A stretch of DNA of 64,000 nucleotides from Camelus ferus (lineage: Eukaryota): contig NC_045696.1 in assembly GCF_009834535.1 (NCBI RefSeq), positions 98,706,001 to 98,770,000 of the forward strand, in the 5' to 3' direction. Made by a program: the position numbers and the translations under genes. The notes under the pieces were generated by a model. That model was not told where the DNA came from and searched no databases. It was given only the letters and a program-made list of their open reading frames with translations. This document shows positions 1 through 12,250 of the stretch, piece by piece (positions within the stretch are counted from its first letter, which is position 1; every line of letters begins with the position of its first letter).

Positions 1-530
1 GAGACAATACTGTCCCCAAAAGATACAATTTTATTTGCTATTAGTCCAGGAAATGCTCTCATAGACCATGCATAAAAGCTTTTACAACAAAGCCATATAT
101 TGTGGCAGAGTAATGGATGATCAGAACATTTTGTTTTAAATTAGTGGTTTGATTGAGTCTCCATTTTGAAACATTTGTTTTTACTTTATGTCTTTGGTTA
201 TTGAAATCAAGATGCTAAGTTTTTGACTTGTTTAATTTGACTTAGCACTGGTTCATGTGAGCGGTACAGACGCTTCCCCGTTTCAACTTGTTGATGATGT
301 ACATTAACTGTTAAAGCACCAGGTTCTGTCACCTCATATTATTCTGCTGTCTTATAGGAATGGCCTCTTTCCCTTTTCCTCTGACACAGTCTGTTGCGAG
401 AGGTCATTTCAATCTGCCCCGTTTCTGAACAAAGTCTCTAAGACTGGGTTCGAGATTTTGAATTTCTGTTTTTGCTTCTCACATGAATGACACCAAGAAT
501 TTTCCGATGTATTCTATGCTACATAAAAAT

Positions 531-577
531 AAGAAAGAAGAGAGAGAGAAGGAGGAAGAGGAGAAAAGAAGAGAGAG
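531..577. repeat. 47-nt pure purine (GA-rich) tract with mirror symmetry
   Basis: Only A/G from 531 to 577; gagagagaag (542-551) is mirrored by gaagagagag (568-577). Confidence 0.85.
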
Positions 578-2171
578 TGGTCTTCCCTTGAGCACTGTCA
601 TTCTGAATTGAAATGGTGCCAATTCATTAACACAGTCAGCAACAGCCTTAAATAAGCTAACAATAATGTCACTGTTCACTTCAAACTAAGTCTCTCTCTC
701 TATTTCTTTCTTTGCTGAAACATTGCAACCATTACCACTTATATGAGCTTAAGAAGCCATTGACTCACCAAATAGACTTCCAGTTTACAGAGTTTTATGC
801 TTTAGGAAAAAAAACTGTTAACAATTATTTTATAGAAAATGTCATCCTCACAGTGACTCCTTTTTTCTGCGTTTGTAATGTTTCAATTAAGTATAAGCGA
901 ATGTTCCTGACATTTGCAAACATTATTCTTTTCCTAATGCTTGTTTGGAGTGACACGTTGCTTTGATTTGTCATCATCTTCTTTTTGGTAAAATGAAACT
1001 TTCCACCTTCTCCTTAGACTAACGCTCTGATTCATGGCAGGCTGAAGTGGCTGGTGGGTTATAACTTAAAATCATTAACCCACTTTTGTTTCTGCCTCTT
1101 GTCTTCTCATGCCTGGCCTGTAAGAGATCATCTCTCCACGCTGTTCCCAAGAGAGGCCATTAGAAGACATGGAATGAGAAAGATCTGAAGTCTGGTGATT
1201 TAATGATAGACCAGGTTTCTGCCAGTCCTTCTCTGATGCCGACTTTGATGCAGTCTAATTTATGCATATTTTTGTCACCAGGGTCTAAACCTGACTTTCC
1301 ATCTCTTACTTCAAATCCTGTTCTAGAGACTGAGTACAAGGCACCAAATGTGTATCTTTTCACATTAACCCCAGCTGGACCCTTGGCTATGTCAATGATT
1401 GCTGAACCAGTTTTATCCTTTTTTAGAACATGGCTCTGGACTCAGTATCTGACTGATTTCTCGTTATATATTTAGTGATTAACTCTGAGTCAGGAAAGAC
1501 TGCATGATTCTGAGAAGATCATTATTATAGCTTCATTAACAAATGGACTGTTTTAAGCTTGTTATAGTATGAGGCTCTTTCTGGCCAAGAGAGAGAGAAA
1601 TTCTGAGCCAAGGATCAGGTGAAACATAAAATCTGAGCTACCCATCCTTGATTGCAAAAAGGGACAGAAGAGATGCTGTCAGAGCGAACAGACCACCCAG
1701 AATGCGTCTATGGTTTCTCAGGGAGCCTGAACACCAGTGCTTCACTGTCTTCATATTGAGAAAGAGAGCACATAGGATTTATGCAACCCCTTTTTTTTCC
1801 ACGTATGTCCTTTGGTTCCCTGAAGATCTCCCTCAGGAAACTTGGGGATAGAATGACAGCCCATTTTCAAATAGAGGACACAAAAGTTCAGTGTTGATTA
1901 CTGGCCACCAGCGTGAGCAATGGATAATTTACTTATTCTGCTATGCATTGTGTCTTGTGAAATGATTCAAACTCACTATCTGAATCCATAATTGCCTGGG
2001 TGTTAATGATGTTGCACAGGAAGGGATGCACTGCTGCTCAAGCTAAAGAGCTATTTTAAGTTTGGACCCCAATTAAGAAGAGGCTCTTTCTGTTAATGTG
2101 GCTGATAACCTCCCTCACATTGTCAAAGCACGGTAATATTCACTGAATATATTTTGTGTGTGTTCATACTG

Positions 2172-2222
2172 TATACATATACACATATACATATAGAGAG
2201 AGAGAGAAAGAGAGAGGAGAGA
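2172..2222. repeat. (TACA)/(GA)n simple repeat
   Basis: tatacatatacacatatacatata followed by gagagagagagaaagagagaggagaga. Confidence 0.85.
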
Positions 2223-2559
2223 ATAAGGATAATATAGTTATTTTAATTGCAGAAAGGATTCATTGATGCTTGACAAATTCTTTTGTTCTCACGAGGTTTG
2301 AGTAAAGAGAACCACTCAAATACATTAAAGATGCATGTCTAGACCAGGTGAGTCACTAACAGTCATCAAACTTTTCTAGTTGTCTTCTCCTCTTCTCAAA
2401 TCTTCTGCAGTGAGTATGAATATGTCGCATATGATTGAGAAAATAGAAGCAATGGACAGTGAATTTGCTCATCTTCCTACTAAAGGAATTCCCAACGGAC
2501 ATGTTAAGTTCTGCACCTTCCCTCGACCTTCCCTCCCCTTACTCTGAATGAACGTGCTC

Positions 2560-3347
2560 TGTCTGCTTCTGTCAAAGACCAAGTTCGTCACATAGTTTGA
2601 AACCAACCTGCTCTCCCTTGCTTGGCCAAGGATTTTGTTCTGACTATCCCCACTTCCTTCTGTCGTTTTCTCTCTTCCACAAATCATTCTATCAGCATAC
2701 AAGATGCTTTAGTATTTCCTTTAAAAAACACACACATACAGGAAGATTTCTAGACTTCACCCTGCAGTCTGATTTCTCTGTCCATCTTATAGCAAAATTT
2801 ATTGAAAAATTTGTCTATGGTTGTTCTCTCTTCCCCTTAGTGTCTCCCCTCTGCCCACTCTAATAAGAACTTCATTAGGCTTCACCTCGCCAAATCCAAT
2901 AATTCCTTTTCTCTTATTTTTCTTGAATGCTCAGGAATATTCAACACAGTTAATTCTGCTCCCTGTCCTCTCTTGACTTTGAAACATTAGCTTAAGATCT
3001 TTCCACTGGCTGTTCCCTCTGCCTATAATGATTTTGCCCAGGTCTTCTCATTCTTGGCTCCTCTAGTCATTTAAATCTCAGCTTGAATGTCACTTATCAG
3101 AGGTCTTCCTTAACTACCCATTCCACATTGCAATCACGTCATCATATTTCAAAACTTACCATTGTCCAATAATTTTCTTGTTTACTCAGTTATTTACTTA
3201 TTGACTTTCTCCCCTCATTAGAATATAAGGTCCATGAAATCAAGGAACTCACCTTTCTTATTCAATATTCGATTTTCAAATCCCAGAATAGTGCCTGGCA
3301 TACACTGAATGCTTAATAAGTATTTGTTGAATAAGTGAATGAATGAA
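2560..3347 (+). mobile_element. LINE-2 (L2a-like) 3' remnant
   Basis: ctggctgttccctctgcct...ctcagcttgaatgtcactt...tagaatataaggtccatga...agaatagtgcctggcatac...ttaataagtatttgttgaataagtgaatgaatgaa matches the remembered L2 3' end and TGAA tail; 5' boundary approximate. Confidence 0.85.
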
Positions 3348-3651
3348 AGTTGAAATCCTGCACCCAGGAAAGTCAAAACTAAGTAATAAAGGTGTTGACT
3401 CTTGTATGAATATATCATACACTAACCTATGCTTTATTTTACATGTGCGAACTTTGACAATCCACCACACCCAGATAATAAAAATAATTATATCTAAAGA
3501 TTTCCATTTAGAGTTAGAAAAGTAGATAAGATAGTGGATAAGAATTTCTTCCTATTGGAAAGCAAAGTAATGTGGCCCTTTTTCTAGACTAACTCCTAAG
3601 TTAGTGGCTTAGTGGCTAAGATACACTAAATCTTTTAGATATATTTAAAGC

Positions 3652-4072
3652 TACATCAGTTTCCTATTTGCTGTAATGAATTGTCAGAAACTTAGTGGTT
3701 TAAAACAACATAAGTCCATTATTTTATAGTTCCGGAGGTCACAAGTCCAAAATGGGTCTTACTGAGCTAAAATCAAGGGACTGGCAGGGCTGTGCCCCTG
3801 CCTGGAGGTTCTGAGGGAGAATCTCTTCCTCGCTCCCTCCAGCTTCTAGAGGTCGCTTGGCCTCCTCTCTCCACCTTCAAGGCCAGCACCATTGGGCTGA
3901 GTCCTTTTCACAATTCCGTATCACTGGTTCTCTCTCTTCTGCCTCCCTGTTCCGTGTATAAGGACTTGTGTAATTACACTGGGCCTTCTTTCAAGGTCAG
4001 CTGGTTATAGTAACCTTAATTCCATTTGCAATATTAATTCCCCTTTGCCATGTAAGCTAACATACTCATAAC
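3652..4072 (-). mobile_element. ERVL-MaLR solo LTR (MLT1D/E-like)
   Basis: agtttcctatttgctgtaa...aaacttagtggtttaaaacaaca...ttccggaggtcacaagtccaaaatgggtc...ccagcttctagagg is the typical reverse-strand MLT1 signature. Confidence 0.85.
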
Positions 4073-4889
4073 TTCTTGTTAATTTGATACTTTTAAATAA
4101 CACTAGTAGGCCTTCTAACTGTAACACTCTAGGAGTTAAGACAGCAGAGGGATTTAAAAAGAACATTTTATTTTTACAATCAGTTAATTTACCACTTAAA
4201 ATTACTCTGTAAATGATGTGTACAGATTTTTTTGTTTTGAATATTCACTTGTAAATGTCCTGTTAAGACTGTTATGTTTCTATTGTTTTTGTATGGAACG
4301 ACATTGCTAAAAGAAAAAGAAAAGAATCTTTAAAATATGTAACATATATTAACATATATATGTATATGTATTCCATGCTTTATTAATAGTTTGTATTTCC
4401 GAGGTTCATTTAAAAGTCAATGACTTGGAAAATCATACATATTTTCCCACAGACCCATATGTTTAGCAGAGTGGTTAGGTTTGCAGATCATTTTAAAAAC
4501 TCAATTTCTTTTATAATGCAGCTGAATAAAATACTAATAGCCTAAATTCTAAATACTGATAAGACTGGAACACATTAGATCAAAGAAATAATATAGTGTA
4601 TCAATGACTATTTAAAAGAATAATAAATTATCATTTTTTTTTACGAGTTAATTGTCATTTTACATTGCCTCTGAATTTATAGGCACAACAAATTAAGAAA
4701 TATTTTTTACTGCAAAACTCCTACTCCCTTTTCTGAACACTTCTCCCCCCGTATTGATTTTCCCTCAACTCCTTAGGTACCCAGTGCCCTTTTCCTAATT
4801 TGTCTGCTTGAGGGTTCCAGTAGCACCAATGTTGATACAAACCTCCATGGGAGACCTCTGCTGAGGAGGTAGCAGTATAGTGGTGAGAA

Positions 4890-6290
4890 GGGGATAAATC
4901 TATTAATTTTTGCCTTTACAGATTGGTTTTTGGTAGCATACTTAGAAAGTCATCTCCAAGTTTATATGTCTTGACCTATCTTTTTGATTGTAGTACTTTT
5001 AAGAGCTCATTTTTAATTTTCTAGTTTAATCAGGAATTAATTTTATTATATACTGTAATAAGCTTTATCAATATCATTTATTAAAAATTCCATTAATTTT
5101 CTAATTGATCTGAGATACTTTTTTTATCATGTACTTAATACACGTCCTTGGGCATGTTTCTGACTTTTTTAATATATTGTTACATTGATGCTTATGTCAG
5201 TATCATACTGTTTTAATTACTATATCTTTAGAGTGTAAGTTAATATTTTATACAGCTAGGCTCTAAAAATATCCTTCCAATAATTTTTTTTTCAATTCTC
5301 CTATTTTTCTGCTATTGTTCTTCAAGTCATCTTAAGAATCATTTTGCAAAATTCTGAAGAAAAATCCCTTTGCTATAATTGGATAATATACAAATCTATC
5401 GATTAGCTATGGGAAGATACATGTCTTTATGTTACTAGATCCGTTAATCCAGGACCATAAGACTCTAGCAAATATTTGCATCTTCATTTGTTATCTTATA
5501 AAGCTTTTAATTTTCTTTAGGTCAGTACTGACGTGAGTTATTTTTTTCTCTGTATATCATACCTTGTTATTGCGAGTAAGTTTTTTCTTCTCTCTGACAG
5601 ATTCTAAATCTAAATTGTTATTGAGCTATTAATTATTGATCATTCTTTGACTTTTTTACTTACTATATTATTACTCATAATATTTCAGTTGATTCAGGTG
5701 ATTATCTTGAGCTTTGCAAGTAAAAAGCATATGATATAAAAGTGTAGTGCTGTTTTTGTCTCTTTTGGGGGGAATAATTATACCCATAAAGTGGTCATAT
5801 TTTATAGTAATTAAGTAAAATATTTTGCCTAATAATAGAAGTGACTCCAGAATTTCACAGTTAAAAAATTACATTGTTGTTTTAAGAACGTCTTCATCAT
5901 GTGAAAGAAATATTTCATTTTTTTATGTCTCGTTTTGGAACAATTTTGAAAAGAAAAAACAATTAAATTTGATCACCTTCCTCTACAAAGACCACATCAC
6001 TTTTCTCCTTCAGAGTAACTATCCTTATATTCTTGGAATAAAACCTCTTTGGGTATGCTATACATATAATATACTGCTCAATTTGATTTGCTAATGGTTT
6101 ATAGAAAGGTTTTGTAACGTCGTAAGTGTGATTGATTTATGTTCTTTGTGTCTGTGTGGTATCTTGTTTAGTTTTCGGCAAGAGGAGTTTGAAAGTACAC
6201 TAAATGTTTCAGGAGAAATTCCATCCTTCCTTATGATCTGGAACAATTTAAGTAGCATAATAAATTATCAGAATATTAAGTTTTGATACA
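4890..6290 (-). mobile_element. Highly decayed L1M (L1ME-like) LINE-1 fragment
   Basis: T-rich tract with L1 antisense motifs (tatcatactgttttaattactatatcttta, ttaagaatcattttgcaaaattc, aaatctatcgattagctatgggaag, aaggttttgtaacgtcgtaagtgtgattg); boundaries approximate. Confidence 0.65.
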
Positions 6291-6484
6291 ACCCTACTCA
6301 GTAATATGTTCATGTTCCCTGATTCCAAGGTGTTTATAATCTAATTAGTGTTTAAATTATGTCTAGAGAGGTAATGCTATTTTGACAAAATTTGTAAAAT
6401 GTTTCCAAGGTGACTAACTAGGAGTATAACGTAAAGCCCTTCAGGATGAAAGCCAGGACGCCTTGTGTCCTCAGGTTGTCTTTG

Positions 6485-6590
6485 TCCAAGTTCTGCCACG
6501 ATCCATGTGATTTTGGCCAAGTCACTTTGCTGCTCTGGACTTGAAAATTTTATTTGGAAAGTGAGGTAGAGATCGCTGACATCTAAAGAT
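6485..6590 (+). mobile_element. MIR SINE fragment
   Basis: ttctgccac...tgtgattttggccaagtcactt...ctctggacttg resembles the MIR core. Confidence 0.55.
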
Positions 6591-6659
6591 TTATTTGTTA
6601 TGTGATTTTACAAAACGTTTGCTGGTGTCAGTGTCTTAACTGTGTTTTATTATTTTCAG

Positions 6660-6712
6660 CCTACTTCAGATTTTACAAAACTACATTGTGAAGAGTTGGA
6701 AAAATATTCTAG
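6660..6712 (+). CDS. Candidate 53-nt internal exon of an unidentified gene (PTSDFTKLHCEELEKYS or LLQILQNYIVKSWKNIL)
   Basis: Branch-like cttaac, then tgttttattattttcag| acceptor and TAG|gtaatt donor; two frames open; protein not recognised. Confidence 0.35.
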
Positions 6713-8835
6713 GTAATTGAAGAACAAATGCAGAGTTGCATAAGACACAAACGGTATGCCGGACACTACTGACATTTCTCTCCGTACAGATGGTCAAAGG
6801 ACAATGCGTGTGATTCACAGAGAGAAGGTACCTGCGCCCTTATGTCTGCCCTGCAAAAAGGAAACACCGAATGGCTTTGTGCCCCTTCAGCTGACCTCTC
6901 CTCATCCAGCACTTTATTTTACTCTTTCATGGTCGCATTTTCATTCACCATAGTTGGTGAAGTAAAAAAGGATGTTTTATGAGTCCCATTTTATTCTTAC
7001 ACATTGATAGTAGTATCTACTGCATGTGAGCTCTTAATTCACATTTTATCCATCACTTATTTTATCTCCACAGATGTATGCTCGCTTGTTCTTTTAGGAG
7101 TCTTTTCAGCCCGCAGATGTCTCCACAGCTGCTCTCAGTTCCAAAGGGGAGTTTTTTTTTTTTTTTCCTTAGAAGCAGTCATGTAAGATTTTTTGTTGTT
7201 TTGTTTTGTGTTTGTTTTATTTTTACTTAAAGCATTGTAGAGATTTTTCCCTTGTGGGAAAAAAAAAATTATCTTACACAAAAGATGGCCATGAGAATGC
7301 CATCAAAACAGATCTGAAAACAAAGTCCACTACCTGTATTTCTGCTCATTCTTTCAATCTCACTAAATGTTTTGCATATTGGAGTATCACCCAAAAGTTG
7401 AATCCCCTACTTCCTGACTGAGTTGGTATGCTGAGACAAGGTAAGAACTGTCACAATTCATTCAGGACAGAAAGAAAACAAATTAATCAAATAAATACCT
7501 AGTTTAGGCAAAATTGCCAACTTGAGAAGAGCTTGAGGCTTTGAGGAGCAAATGATTCAAACTGCTGCCTTTGTTTTCTGCATCCACAAGTCTTATGAAC
7601 ATTCCAATTTTCTTTGTGTAGCAGGATGACCATATAATTCAATAAAGTGAACCTGAGACTATAGAAATTATGCCTTTATTTTTATTACTCTAGAAACCTC
7701 TAAAGATTTGTATTTGTATAAGGAAGATCTTTCCTTCCACCTTCACCTGTAGTCAACATTTAGTGTCACTGAATTTTCAAACAGTAGGTGGCCTTACAGA
7801 GAACAAGGTCATTTCCCCCATGTTACAGATTACACACTGACAACCAGGACCATAGCATGACTTACACAGAAACGCACAGCTAGCCTGATGCTCTGGAAGA
7901 GCTGTATGCCCAATGCCCTGATACACAGGTCACCAGCACTTCACTCATTGCTTCTCATTGGCTTAAGCTCATCAGAGGTAACAATTGCTAAAGATTTCTG
8001 ATGTTAGGTTTTTAAAAGAATGAAGACTTGTTATCTTTATTTTTTGATCCGTGTGTAGAGTTTTGTGTTTGTTTCATTTTTGTTTTTAGTTTTTGAGGGG
8101 AGATGGTCGAAACACTTGGGTAGAGCAACTGTTTATACACTGAAACAGTCTGCTTCTTTATGGGAATTAGTATAATAGTGAAGGTCTTTATAGTTTAAGA
8201 TCACAGGTAAAAGGCATTTTTAAAAATCTATAACAAAATTTATATGCCAGTATTTTAAGTGTGGATAATTTGACTATTTCACTTATCTGTTGGAATGGAA
8301 GTAGAAGAGACCAGTTATGCAAATTCCAGCTCCACAGGAAACAGCTCATGCCTCGATGTCTAAAGGTGGCATTTATATTTCATGACAAGAGGCACTTTTG
8401 AAATATTGGGGAGAAGTTAGAAACATACTTTTATCATTATGAATAATAAATCATAGATACATACATCTATAAATACAGATATTCTCCACGCAGACCATTC
8501 TGGTGCTGTCAAACAGTATACACATCCTAATCACTGAGAAATCATGCACCACTTATCCATGGTTCATTCAGAAACTATTATTTCTAATACTTAAACTAAA
8601 AATTTGTTTATAGACTTGAGCCTCGTGCAATGCAATTTAAAATATTCAGTAATTTATAAATTATATGTAGCCTCATCACATACTAAGAAAGTTGTGGATG
8701 TTGCTTCCGTTTCTTGTTTGTTCTTGTTGTTGTTACTATACCGTCATTTCATTTGGTTGAGTTTCCTCATCTGAAATGACTTGGTTATAAAGACCTGTGT
8801 ATTTTGATTAGCAATTTTGTATTGTTGATTTTCAG

Positions 8836-8873
8836 ATACAGAGTTCCACGGATGTGAATATATAATCCTATAA
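8836..8873 (+). CDS. Candidate terminal exon coding part (RYRVPRM* ending 8857, or DTEFHGCEYIIL* ending 8873)
   Basis: ttttgtattgttgattttcag| acceptor; phase-compatible with 6660-6712 in either frame; AATAAA near 9464 and ATTAAA near 9574 and 9653 downstream. Confidence 0.3.
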
Positions 8874-10919
8874 ATTGATCTTTCCTTAGGATGATATATA
8901 TTGTGCTGAGAAAAATGAACTGATGCAGCGTTTTTATACTCCTAATTAGACATCAGAATTATGTGGTATCCTTCACAAGGTAGCATGAAGCAATTCTCAG
9001 TAGCTATTACTCGGCACACTCTTTCACCAAGATTATTATTGAAGCAGTTTGTTAGGAAGCGTTTGTGTAACGTACCACATGCTGAAAACTATTTGTTGAT
9101 TTAAAGTGTGAGGGCTGAGTTTTCGAAGAGGAGGTTTTGGTGTGCATAAAGTTACACATGCAATTGCATTTTCCCCACAATTACCTAGTCATGCTACAGA
9201 CTGTCAACCGCAGAACTCATTTGCTTCTTTTTTGAAAGATTTGCTTTCCTTGCAAGGATTTAGTTTAGTGACATATTTGTCTTCCTTCCTTCTTTTTTAA
9301 CAACCAAAGAAATGTGTGACTGTATTTCCTTGCATCACATTTTATAAAAAGCTAGACCTACAAAGATTCTCCCTTTCACTTTAGTCTTCAGAAGGGTCCC
9401 CATTTCCATCAAATACTCATCTTCTTAATTGATCAACTAAATGCTTTGAGAAGTGACTTAGATAATAAATCGTCAACTCGTAGTTGGTAGTCTTTATACA
9501 TATGATGCGTATATATTGCATGTGTAATATTACTTGTAAGTAACACAAATTATAGGTGTATACAGTACAAATACATTAAAAGAAGTCTACTGCTCAGAAA
9601 ATGAAAAAGTTATAGTAGCAATCACAACCTGTGTCCAATATTAACTTCTTGTATTAAAATATGATGAAAGTAAGCTAATACATGTGCTGATTCTGTGAAG
9701 ATGTAAAGTGATTTTATAAACTAGGATATTATGTTGCTCTTTGGTCTTGCTTGCTATTGGATCACTAAAAGTTGCAAACATTTGAGTAATCCCATGCCTC
9801 TTATTTTTTTCTGTGTGTGACAAACTCCTCCTCCACCACCACCACCAACAAAAATGTGTAACTTGGATACCAGGTCCTTTTAATGAAGCTTTTGAGTCTT
9901 ACAAAATATGATTAATCTGATTACTGATTCAGCCTCCTTTTATGCTTACATTATCTAACACAAAGAGCCCCCCTACAGGTTAAAGTTTAAATGTGGATTA
10001 CCAGATAAAGCTAGTCCTGACGAGGTTTCTATGGTGCAAGGAAAAATTGGATTTGCTTTTCACCTCATCTCAGGCTCTGTCATCCTGGTTTTTGCCCTGC
10101 TCCCTTGTTCACAGCAAGGATATTAATTTTGCAGTAAAATCTTTAAGCAATTATGCAGATAGCTCTGAAAAAGCAACATACACACACAATAAGAGAAGCT
10201 TAACTGAAAAATGGACCCCAGATATTCATTAAAAACAGATGGCTACATTGACAACAGCATAACTTTGGATGTTTGGACTAAGCTGGTATTAATCTGCCAC
10301 AATGTGAAGAGAAGATGAAATTGCTGGTGTACAAACTATGTATGGCTTCTAATTTTTGCTTACAAAACCATACAATGATTTATGACTACCTTTTGGAGAA
10401 CTGTCCCCCCTCAAATTACTTACTCAAAAGTGAAGTGCCATTTTAATAGTCTTAGCTATCACTGAATGCTGCTGTTCATATACAAGACACCAGTAAAATA
10501 TAAAGAATCATATTATTCTAAATTTTTTATTTTTCTAAAATTGCTTTGGAACTAGGTAAAAGGATTCCAGTTAAAAACCTGATACGAGGAAATTTTGTTT
10601 TTAAATCTAATGAGAATGGGAAATCTCTGAATTAGTAACATTTCAAAGTCAGTATAAAACACAATTTCGCATTTATGTACTAAAGTAGTGAAATTTTTAG
10701 CCATAAACTGAAATTTTCTGCCTAAACAAAATCAGGTAAAGTAAGGCAGAAAAATATTTGGCCAAGTCTTCCAAGTAAAACATGGACAATAGAAGGTAAT
10801 ACTGCGTAACTGCGGCAACTTCAGTGAGGATAAATGCATCAAGTATATGTTTAATTATTTACACAATTATCAAAACAACATGAATTATTAAAGAATATCA
10901 TACCTAAAGCTATATATAA

Positions 10920-10934
10920 TGTGTGTGTGTGTGT
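10920..10934. repeat. (TG)n microsatellite
   Basis: tgtgtgtgtgtgtgt. Confidence 0.9.
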
Positions 10935-11349
10935 AATAAGTGGTAGAAGAGATGATTAATTTCAACCAACTTCTGTTTTGGAGGAGAAATTCATCCAACT
11001 AGAAAAACACTTTAGGACAGAATTGCCCTTATGATGGGTGGACTGAGTCATACTCAGTTGTAACATGGTAGGGACAGTCACACTGAATGTGGCATCTAGG
11101 GACAAGTTAAGACATCTTGACATTATTCTACTGCTTCACCTATATATGAAGACTGAACTGGGAATGAGTGCTTCAAAAAGGATCTTGTTACAACGACAGA
11201 GTTCATTTTTATCCCCTGTTGGTTGTGAACTATTATTTTTTCTTATATGAAATAACCGTACATATTTATTGTAGGAAAAATTAAACAGATACTCTAAAGA
11301 GAAGAAAGTTTAGATAAGCCCTGAGGCTACCACTCTGAGATGACCACCA

Positions 11350-11570
11350 CTCATTTTTTAAATATGTATTTCAAGCTATGTTTACTGTGTATTTTGAAAC
11401 CTGCTTTTCTTCTCCTAACAATCTACATAATGACAATCAATTTCTGTAATCCAATATTCTTCTGGAACCTCATTTTACCAAACCCGGAGTGTTCTCGGCA
11501 CGGATAATCCAGAATTCATTTTACCAACTCCCTGTTGGTAATTAACAGTAGTTTTTAAATCATTATTATT
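11350..11570 (-). mobile_element. Old L1ME-like 3' fragment
   Basis: tattttgaaacctgcttttctt...aacaat...ccagaattcattttaccaactcccctgttgg resembles an antisense L1ME 3' end. Confidence 0.5.
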
Positions 11571-11829
11571 AAAAAATCTCAAAGTTCATTTATTTAACTA
11601 AAATTGGTATAAAACATTAAAATGTTTTATCATATGTGTTATCAACAACTTAATCTCCTGGCCTTGCTCCTCTGTCACATGTAAATAAAAACTTATTTAG
11701 GCAAAAGTATGGTCATGGAAAGAAGCAAATTCAACAGGCCCTTCTGATTAATTTGTTTGTTTTTTTTTTTTACAGTACATTTACAGTACTTAAAATATCT
11801 TGTCGCCAATGGAAACAATCACGTTGTTT

Positions 11830-12250
11830 TAATGCTGTAAATTATACCTCCAGTCTAATCTAATTTCCATCATCCCTGCCTCGTTTTTCAGTCATGCAGA
11901 TTACTTGCTATTTCTCCAGGATGCCTTATATTCTTCAGTACCCGCAGACTTTTGAAGATGCAGTTCCTTTTAACAGCTGTGGAACTGTATTCCAGTGTCT
12001 CTACTAACGCGCGAACCACCCTGTGAACCCTTCATTTAACCTCACCTGTCAGTCATTTGCTGCTCCCATATTTAGCCCAATGTGCTGATCTCTCCTCGGG
12101 GCTCTTTTAATTGAAAAGATTTGTTTCTCTGTCCATCTTTCTCAAGAGATTGTGAGCAACTTCAGGCAGGGTCTGAGTCATACTCATTTTTCTGCTTTCA
12201 TTACTTGGTGTAGTGCCTGACATCTAATAGATGTCCTATAAATTTTTGCC
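11830..12250 (+). mobile_element. LINE-2 3' remnant
   Basis: agattgtgagcaacttcaggcagggtctgagtc...tagtgcctgacatctaatagatgtcctataaatttttg matches a degenerate L2 terminus. Confidence 0.7.
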
